Assembly: GCA_902554795.1 (NCBI GenBank)
Contig: CACDQB010000001.1
Span: forward strand, 9,819-73,818
Direction: 5' to 3'
Origin: an uncultured Pelagibacteraceae bacterium
Lineage (GTDB): Bacteria; Pseudomonadota; Alphaproteobacteria; Pelagibacterales; Pelagibacteraceae
DNA: 64,000 nucleotides
Positions 58,293-64,000 of the stretch are shown here, piece after piece (the first letter of the stretch is position 1; each line of letters begins with the position of its first letter). The position numbers and the translations under genes were made by a program. A model generated the notes under the pieces. It did not search any database. It was not told where the DNA came from and was given only the letters and a program-made list of their open reading frames with translations.

Positions 58293-59444
58293 ATGAACAT
58301 TAAAGATTGTTTTAATTTTGAAGATTTTAGAAAATTAGCTAAAAAAAAATTACCAGCTCCTATTTTTCATTATATTGATGGTGGAGCCGATGACGAAGTC
58401 ACTTTAAATAGAAATACAGATGCTTTTAATGATTGTGATTTAGTTCCTAATATTCTTAATAGTGTTGGCGAGCCAGATTTATCTACCACTGTTTTTGGTA
58501 GAAAAATCAGTATGCCGTTATTTTTATCTCCTACAGCAATGCAAAGTTTGTATGACCCTGAAGGTGATAAAGCTTCTGCAAGAGCTGCAGAGAAGTTTGA
58601 TACAATTTATAGCATGTCCACAATGGCATCTTTTTCAATTGAAGAAGTTGCTAATGTTTCTAGTGGGCCAAAACTTTTTCAACTTTATATTCACAAGGAT
58701 AAATCAATTACTGATGATTTGATTGAAAGATGCAGTAGAGCAAATTTTGATGGAATGTGCATTACTGTGGATACGCTAGTTGCTGGAAACCGAGAAAGAG
58801 ATCATAGAACAGGTTTTACTACACCGCCTAAATTTACTTTGGACAGTTTATTGAGTTTTGCAATGAGACCTGGATGGGTTTTCAAATACTTTACTAATAA
58901 AAAATTTGAATTAGCAAACATCAAAAATAAAACTGATAAAGGTACCAATATTGCAAAATCAGTTATGGATTATATTAATGAACAGTATGATCCCGCAATG
59001 AATTGGAAAGATGCAGAATACTGTATAAAAAAATGGAACAAGCCTATGGCACTTAAAGGTGTAATGTCAGTTGAAGATGCTAAAAGAGCAATAGATATTG
59101 GTTGTACAGCAATTATGATTTCAAATCATGGAGGAAGACAACTTGATGGATCAAGATCTCCATTTGATCAAGTTAAAGCAATTTCAGATGCAGTTGGTGA
59201 CAAATTAGAAATTATTCTTGATGGCGGTGTTAGAAGAGGAACACATGTTCTTAAAGCTTTAGCCGCAGGAGCAACAGCATGTAGTTTTGGAAAAGCATTT
59301 CTTTTTAGTTTAGGTGCAGGTGGACAAAAAGGTGTTGAAAGATTGTTAGAAAACATGCAAAAAGAAATTAGAAGAAATATGATTTTAATGGGCTGTAAGT
59401 CTGTTAAAGACCTTGATGCGTCAAAAATAATATATAGAGACTAA
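58293..59444 (+). CDS. lldD: FMN-dependent alpha-hydroxy acid oxidase/dehydrogenase (L-lactate dehydrogenase/glycolate oxidase family)
   Basis: YIDGGA, FQLY, TVD...GNRERD, LKGV, SNHGGRQLD, DGGVRRG. Confidence 0.85.
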   Translation: MNIKDCFNFEDFRKLAKKKLPAPIFHYIDGGADDEVTLNRNTDAFNDCDLVPNILNSVGEPDLSTTVFGRKISMPLFLSPTAMQSLYDPEGDKASARAAEKFDTIYSMSTMASFSIEEVANVSSGPKLFQLYIHKDKSITDDLIERCSRANFDGMCITVDTLVAGNRERDHRTGFTTPPKFTLDSLLSFAMRPGWVFKYFTNKKFELANIKNKTDKGTNIAKSVMDYINEQYDPAMNWKDAEYCIKKWNKPMALKGVMSVEDAKRAIDIGCTAIMISNHGGRQLDGSRSPFDQVKAISDAVGDKLEIILDGGVRRGTHVLKALAAGATACSFGKAFLFSLGAGGQKGVERLLENMQKEIRRNMILMGCKSVKDLDASKIIYRD

Positions 59445-59494
59445 AATTTAAGAATTTTAAGCATTAATTTGATAAATTAAACTTTTAAACTAAA

Positions 59495-59523
59495 TAGACA
59501 AAAAACTAATTTTCGTTTAGTTT
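59495..59523 (+). promoter_or_regulatory. Putative sigma-70 promoter of the aminotransferase-glcDEF operon, overlapped by an inverted repeat
   Basis: TAGACA-N17-TAGTTT; AAACTAA-N7-TTAGTTT at 59503-59523. Confidence 0.5.
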
Positions 59524-59547
59524 GTCGATTTTAATTTTTAAATTATT

Positions 59548-60711
59548 ATGGAACTTGCAAAATCTTTAAATAGGCTTGGAACTGAAAGTGCTTTTTCTGT
59601 TTTAGCTGAAGCAAAAAAACTTGAAGCACAAGGTAAACCTATGATTCACTTAGGTCTAGGTCAACCTGATTTCAAAACTCCAAACCACGTTGTCGAAGCA
59701 GCAAAAAAAGCTTTAGATGATGGTCATCACGGATATGTGCTTTCAAATGGAATTTTAGAATGCAGACAATCAGTGACTAGATGGATTAAGAAAAGATATA
59801 GTGCAGACGTAGATCCTGAAAGAATTATTATTATGCCAGGTGGAAAGCCAACAATGCATTATGCAATTCAGTGTTTTGGTGAGCCAGGAGCTGAGATAAT
59901 TCATCCAACTCCAGCTTTCCCTATTTATGAGTCAATGATTAATTATACTGGTTCTACAGCAGTACCTTACGATTTAACTGAAGATAAAGACTTAAAGTTT
60001 AGTGCAGATAAAATTTTATCTTTAATCACTGATAAAACCAGATTGTTGATTTTAATAAATCCAAATAATCCTACTGGAAGTTTTGTAGAAAAATCAGAAA
60101 TAGACAAATTGGCTGAAGGTTTAAAAAAACATCCTCATGTTACTATTTTAAGTGATGAAATTTACAGTAGACAAATTTTTGATGATAAAGAAATGCCAAC
60201 ATTTTTTAATTATCCTGAGTTAAGAGAAAGATTAATAGTTTTAGAAGGTTGGAGTAAAGCTTACTCAATGACTGGTTGGAGACTCGGGTGGAGTTTTTGG
60301 CCAGAAAATTTAGTTGAGCATGTAAATAAATTATTAATTAATAGTGTCTCATGTGTAAATGCTGCTGCTCAGTTTGCAGGTATTGCAGCTTTAGATGGAC
60401 CTGATGACTCAATTGATGAGATGATGGAAAAATTTACTTTAAGAAGAAAATTAATTCACGAAGGTTTAAATAGTTTACCAGGTGTAGAATGCAGTTTGCC
60501 TGGTGGAGCGTTTTATGCGTTCCCTAAAGTTATTGGAACTGGAATGGATGGAAGTGAATTCTGTAAAAGAGCTATGCATGAGGCAGGTGTTGCTATAGTC
60601 CCCGGTACAGCTTTTGGAAAAACATGCAAAGATTACGTAAGATTTAGCTTTGCAGCCTCTCGAGATAACATTTCTAACGCATTGGAAAATATCAAAAAAA
60701 TGTTAGGCTAA
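59548..60711 (+). CDS. Class I/II PLP-dependent aminotransferase (AspC-like; candidate glyoxylate-to-glycine transaminase)
   Basis: GQPDF, NPNNPTG, SDEIY, GWSKAYSMTGWRLG (PLP Lys), GAFY, VRFSFA; 3 nt upstream of glcD. Confidence 0.88.
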   Translation: MELAKSLNRLGTESAFSVLAEAKKLEAQGKPMIHLGLGQPDFKTPNHVVEAAKKALDDGHHGYVLSNGILECRQSVTRWIKKRYSADVDPERIIIMPGGKPTMHYAIQCFGEPGAEIIHPTPAFPIYESMINYTGSTAVPYDLTEDKDLKFSADKILSLITDKTRLLILINPNNPTGSFVEKSEIDKLAEGLKKHPHVTILSDEIYSRQIFDDKEMPTFFNYPELRERLIVLEGWSKAYSMTGWRLGWSFWPENLVEHVNKLLINSVSCVNAAAQFAGIAALDGPDDSIDEMMEKFTLRRKLIHEGLNSLPGVECSLPGGAFYAFPKVIGTGMDGSEFCKRAMHEAGVAIVPGTAFGKTCKDYVRFSFAASRDNISNALENIKKMLG

Positions 60712-60714
60712 GCT

Positions 60715-62211
60715 ATGTCTGAAATAGCTTTGCCAAAAGTTGATAGAACAATAGTCAGTAAAAAAGACTTAATTGTTAATAATCTAAAACAATTTACTGA
60801 TAAAAAAAATGTTTTAAGTGAATTAGATGAAATAAGACCTTACGAAACAGATGCACTAGCTGCGTACAAAAATTTACCTTTAGCAGTTGTACTTCCTGAA
60901 AATACTCAAGAAGTAAGTGAGATATTAAAATTTTGCCATAGAGAAAATATTAAAGTTATTCCAAGAGGAGCAGGAACTGGTCTTTCAGGTGGAGCTCTTC
61001 CATTAAATGATGCAATTTTATTAGGACTTGGAAAATTTAATAAAATTTTAGATATAGATTTTGATAACAAGTGTGTTGTTACTCAACCGGGTGTTACAAA
61101 TTTATCAATTACTCATGCTGTTAAACATAAGGGATATTACTATGCCCCAGATCCTTCAAGTCAGTTAGCTTGTTCTATAGGTGGAAATGTTGCTGAAAAT
61201 TCTGGAGGTGTTCACTCATTAAAATATGGAACAACAACAAATAATATTTTGGGTGTTGAAATGGTTATGATGGATGGAACTATTTGTAGAATAGGTGGAA
61301 AAACTTTAGATCAAGAGGGGTATGATTTATTAGGATTAATCTGTGGATCTGAAGGATTGTTAGGTGTGATTACAGAAGTAACAGTTAAAATTTTAAAAAA
61401 TCCCCAAACAGTTAAAGCTGCCTTGATTGGTTTTCCAACAATTGAAGATGGAGGAAATTGTGTAACAGATATTATTTCAAATGGAATTACACCAGCAGGT
61501 ATGGAAATAATGGATAAAGCTTTAATTGATGCAACAGAAAAATTTGTTCACGCTGGTTATCCTATGGATGCTGAAGTTTTAATGATAGTTGAACTAGATG
61601 GAACGAAATCTGAAGTAGAAGAATTGTTTAAACAAATAAAACAAATAGCAGAAAAAAATAAATCAAATAGCTTTAAGTTAAGTAAAAATGAAAAAGAAAG
61701 ATTAGGATTTTGGTCAGGAAGAAAAGCAGCTTTTCCCGCATGTGGAGCAATGGCACCTGATTATTATTGTATGGATGGAACAATTCCGAGAGGAAAACTT
61801 TCAGAAATTCTTAAAGAGATAAGTAGATTATCCAAGAAGTATAATTTGGGAGTAGCGAATGGTTTTCATGCTGGAGACGGTAATTTACATCCATTAATTC
61901 TTTTTGATGGAAGCAATAAAGAGGAACTTAGAAGAACAGAGGAATTTGGTGCTGAAATTCTTAAAGCTTGTGTCAGAATGGGTGGAGCATTGTCTGGTGA
62001 ACATGGGATAGGAATTGAAAAAAGAGAATTAATGTGTGAAGCATTTAATGACAATGATATCCAGCAACAAATAAATATTAAAATGTCACTAGATGAAAAA
62101 AATCTTTTAAATCCTGGAAAAGTTTATCCAATATTAAGAAAATGTGCGGAGGAAGGAAGAGTTCATGTTCACAGAGGAGAAGAAAAATTCCCAGATCTTC
62201 CAAGATTCTAA
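60715..62211 (+). CDS. glcD: Glycolate oxidase subunit GlcD
   Basis: PRGAGTGLSGGA, PDPSSQLACSIGGN, GSEGLLG, FHAGDGNLHP, GEHGIG, LLNPGK. Confidence 0.95.
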   Translation: MSEIALPKVDRTIVSKKDLIVNNLKQFTDKKNVLSELDEIRPYETDALAAYKNLPLAVVLPENTQEVSEILKFCHRENIKVIPRGAGTGLSGGALPLNDAILLGLGKFNKILDIDFDNKCVVTQPGVTNLSITHAVKHKGYYYAPDPSSQLACSIGGNVAENSGGVHSLKYGTTTNNILGVEMVMMDGTICRIGGKTLDQEGYDLLGLICGSEGLLGVITEVTVKILKNPQTVKAALIGFPTIEDGGNCVTDIISNGITPAGMEIMDKALIDATEKFVHAGYPMDAEVLMIVELDGTKSEVEELFKQIKQIAEKNKSNSFKLSKNEKERLGFWSGRKAAFPACGAMAPDYYCMDGTIPRGKLSEILKEISRLSKKYNLGVANGFHAGDGNLHPLILFDGSNKEELRRTEEFGAEILKACVRMGGALSGEHGIGIEKRELMCEAFNDNDIQQQINIKMSLDEKNLLNPGKVYPILRKCAEEGRVHVHRGEEKFPDLPRF

Positions 62212-63436
62212 TCATCTGTCACCCACAAGTGAGCTAGAGGTTTCAGAATTAATTAAAGAAGCTTATAAAAAAAAATTTCCAATTGATATCCATGGAAGTA
62301 ATAGTAAAAAATTTATTGGATATAATGTTCAAGCGGCAAGGAGCTTGGATTTTTCAAGTTTATCTGGAGTAATCGAATATCTTCCTGAGGAGCTGTATAT
62401 AAAGGTCAAACCAGGAACACTGATAAAAGATATAGAAAATATTTTAGAAAAAAATAATCAAGAACTTTCATTTGAGCCAACTGATTTTGGTTACCTTAAA
62501 GATGGAAAATCAAATAAAGGAACAGCTGGTGGATGTGTTTCTTGCAATTTTGCAGGCTCAAGAAGATTTAAAGTAGGTAGTGTAAGAGATTTTATTTTAG
62601 GTTTTAGAGGGGTCAATGGAAAGGGCGATATAATTAAATCAGGAGGCACAGTTGTTAAAAATGTGACTGGATATGATTTATCTAAATTAGTTAGTGGTTC
62701 TTTTGGAACATTGGTTGCCCTTACAGAAGTCACTTTAAAAATCTCAGCAAAAAAGCCATCTCAAAATACAATTATAATTTATGAGAAAGATCCAAAAATC
62801 ATTTCAGATTTATTTAATATGGTTTTGAGTTCCAGCAATGAAATATCAGGTGCAGTGTTTGTGCCAGACGAACCCAAATCTAAAAAATTTACACCAAATA
62901 AAAGTAAAGCATTTAAATTAAATGATTTAGATCAAGAGGGTGCTTTTTTTGCATTCAGAATTGAAGGGGATCAAAACTCTATTAAAGAAAGAATTAAGGA
63001 TATTTCAAACGAAATGGATTTAAAAAATTACAAAACATCAAATTTAGATATTTATCAATCCGATCTTTTTTGGAAAAGTATAAATAGTTTGCAATTATTT
63101 TCTGAAACTAAAAACAATCTTTTAAGAGCGGTTGTGCCTCCTTCAAAGTCTGAAAAAATGATGAGTTTTCTCAAAAATAAGTACAAATATTTTATTGATT
63201 GGTCTGGGGCATTATTTTGGATTGAGGTGCCTGGTGATCAAAATATAAAAGAAGTAAAAAATACAATAATTCAAAATGATGGATATGTAACAATAATTAA
63301 AAAATCCGAGGATTTTGAATTTACAGAAAAATTATTTACGATTGATGATACAAAATTAATGATATCAAAAAAAATCAAAGAAAGTTTTGACCCTAGAGGA
63401 TTATTCAATCCCGGAAAAATGTATAAGGACTTTTAA
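62165..63436 (+). CDS. glcE: Glycolate oxidase FAD-binding subunit GlcE (ATG 62165; ORF track starts at GTG 62144)
   Basis: YLPEEL, FEP, GT.GG, SGGTVVKNVTGYDLSKL, GSFGTL, FDPRGLFNPG. Confidence 0.92.
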   Translation: MFTEEKKNSQIFQDSNHLSPTSELEVSELIKEAYKKKFPIDIHGSNSKKFIGYNVQAARSLDFSSLSGVIEYLPEELYIKVKPGTLIKDIENILEKNNQELSFEPTDFGYLKDGKSNKGTAGGCVSCNFAGSRRFKVGSVRDFILGFRGVNGKGDIIKSGGTVVKNVTGYDLSKLVSGSFGTLVALTEVTLKISAKKPSQNTIIIYEKDPKIISDLFNMVLSSSNEISGAVFVPDEPKSKKFTPNKSKAFKLNDLDQEGAFFAFRIEGDQNSIKERIKDISNEMDLKNYKTSNLDIYQSDLFWKSINSLQLFSETKNNLLRAVVPPSKSEKMMSFLKNKYKYFIDWSGALFWIEVPGDQNIKEVKNTIIQNDGYVTIIKKSEDFEFTEKLFTIDDTKLMISKKIKESFDPRGLFNPGKMYKDF

Positions 63437-64000
63437 TGCAAACAAATTTCACAGAAATTCAACTTGAAGATAAAGACAATCAGTCTTCTGAAAAAATATT
63501 TAAAAAATGCGTTCATTGTGGAATGTGTAACGCAACGTGTCCTACGTATGGAATTTTAGGGGACGAATTAGACGGCCCTAGAGGAAGAATTTATTTAATT
63601 AAAGATATGTTGGAAAATAATAAAAAGCCAACTGAAAAAGTTGTGAAACATATAGATAGATGTCTTTCATGTTACAGTTGTATGACGACATGTCCGGCGG
63701 GTGTTAATTATATGCATCTAATTGATCATGGAAAAAAATATATCGAAAAAAATTATGAAAGATCTACTTTTGATAAGTTAATTAGATATTTTTTATCTAT
63801 TACTCTTCCGAATACTAAAGTTTTCAGACTATCAAGTTTTTTAGTTAAATTAAGTAAACCTTTTAAATTTTTAATGCCTTCAAAGATTAAAGATATGATC
63901 GATTTGATGCCAAGTAATTTTCCAAAAAAAAATTTGCCAATTAAAGAAGTTTATAAAGCTTCAGGTAAAAAGAAAGTTGCAAGGGTAGCGTTATTAACTG
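63436..64000 (+). CDS. glcF: Glycolate oxidase iron-sulfur subunit GlcF (5' part; runs off the window end)
   Basis: Not in the ORF track. Manual translation MQTNF...KCVHCGMCNATCPTY...ELDGPRGRIYLIK...HIDRCLSCYSCMTTCPAGVNY gives two 4Fe-4S motifs; TAATG overlap with glcE. Confidence 0.95.
   Translation, partial: MQTNFTEIQLEDKDNQSSEKIFKKCVHCGMCNATCPTYGILGDELDGPRGRIYLIKDMLENNKKPTEKVVKHIDRCLSCYSCMTTCPAGVNYMHLIDHGKKYIEKNYERSTFDKLIRYFLSITLPNTKVFRLSSFLVKLSKPFKFLMPSKIKDMIDLMPSNFPKKNLPIKEVYKASGKKKVARVALLT

Noticed and set aside
59445-59547. Glycine riboswitch ahead of the aminotransferase-glcDEF operon
   Set aside because: The spacer is extremely AT-rich and lacks the GGAGA, CCGAAG and CTCAGG aptamer motifs.
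2588-62733. Short ORFs nested in or antisense to core genes (2588, 3977, 4302, 5925, 9424, 9680, 10680, 11247, 11701, 12132, 18074, 18580, 21523, 23753, 28277, 31823, 32469, 33836, 36213, 40570, 42497, 43114, 50785, 58462, 59168, 61866, 62491)
   Set aside because: They overlap well-supported genes and have the Phe/Ser/Ile-rich composition expected of shadow frames; no motifs.
1-64000. CRISPR arrays, transposases, phage genes, rRNA, defence systems
   Set aside because: None recognised; nearly every base is accounted for by the listed genes and short spacers.

Overview
Very AT-rich, densely packed chromosomal segment with tiny or overlapping intergenic spacers. Gene content, gene order and protein style indicate a streamlined marine alphaproteobacterium of the SAR11 clade (Ca. 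Pelagibacter-like); this is an inference from recognition, not a database result. The window straddles the probable replication origin (about 3226-3491, DnaA boxes between hemE and ppsR-maf-aroE-coaE-dnaQ). Most of it is core genome: rho, hemJHE, secB, hslUV, hisBHAFE, lolA, ftsK, tRNA-Gly(GCC), purH, rpe, an acetate module (sodium:solute symporter, DUF4212, acs), tsaD, hemCD, folD, argG, ccmCDEFGH, a pagL-like gene and an lldD-like oxidase/aminotransferase/glcDEF block. I saw no integrase, transposase, prophage, CRISPR array or rRNA. Best leads: (1) a fluoroacetate/haloacetate dehalogenase with all catalytic and halide-pocket residues, coupled to a TauD/TfdA dioxygenase and an AEC transporter, which could feed glycolate/glyoxylate to GlcDEF and glycine synthesis; (2) a light-repair locus with an Fe-S-less (6-4) photolyase translationally coupled to an unannotated 42-aa four-Cys protein, a domain-inverted photolyase and an SDR with His in place of the catalytic Tyr; (3) a histone-H1-like Lys/Arg tail on acetyl-CoA synthetase; (4) a G:U-biased 15-bp RNA stem in an unusually long spacer before ccmC; (5) three sulfotransferase paralogues; (6) a TPR protein with an unrecognised Cys-rich domain; (7) an EF-hand loop in the acetate symporter. 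All product calls rest on motif recognition by eye.
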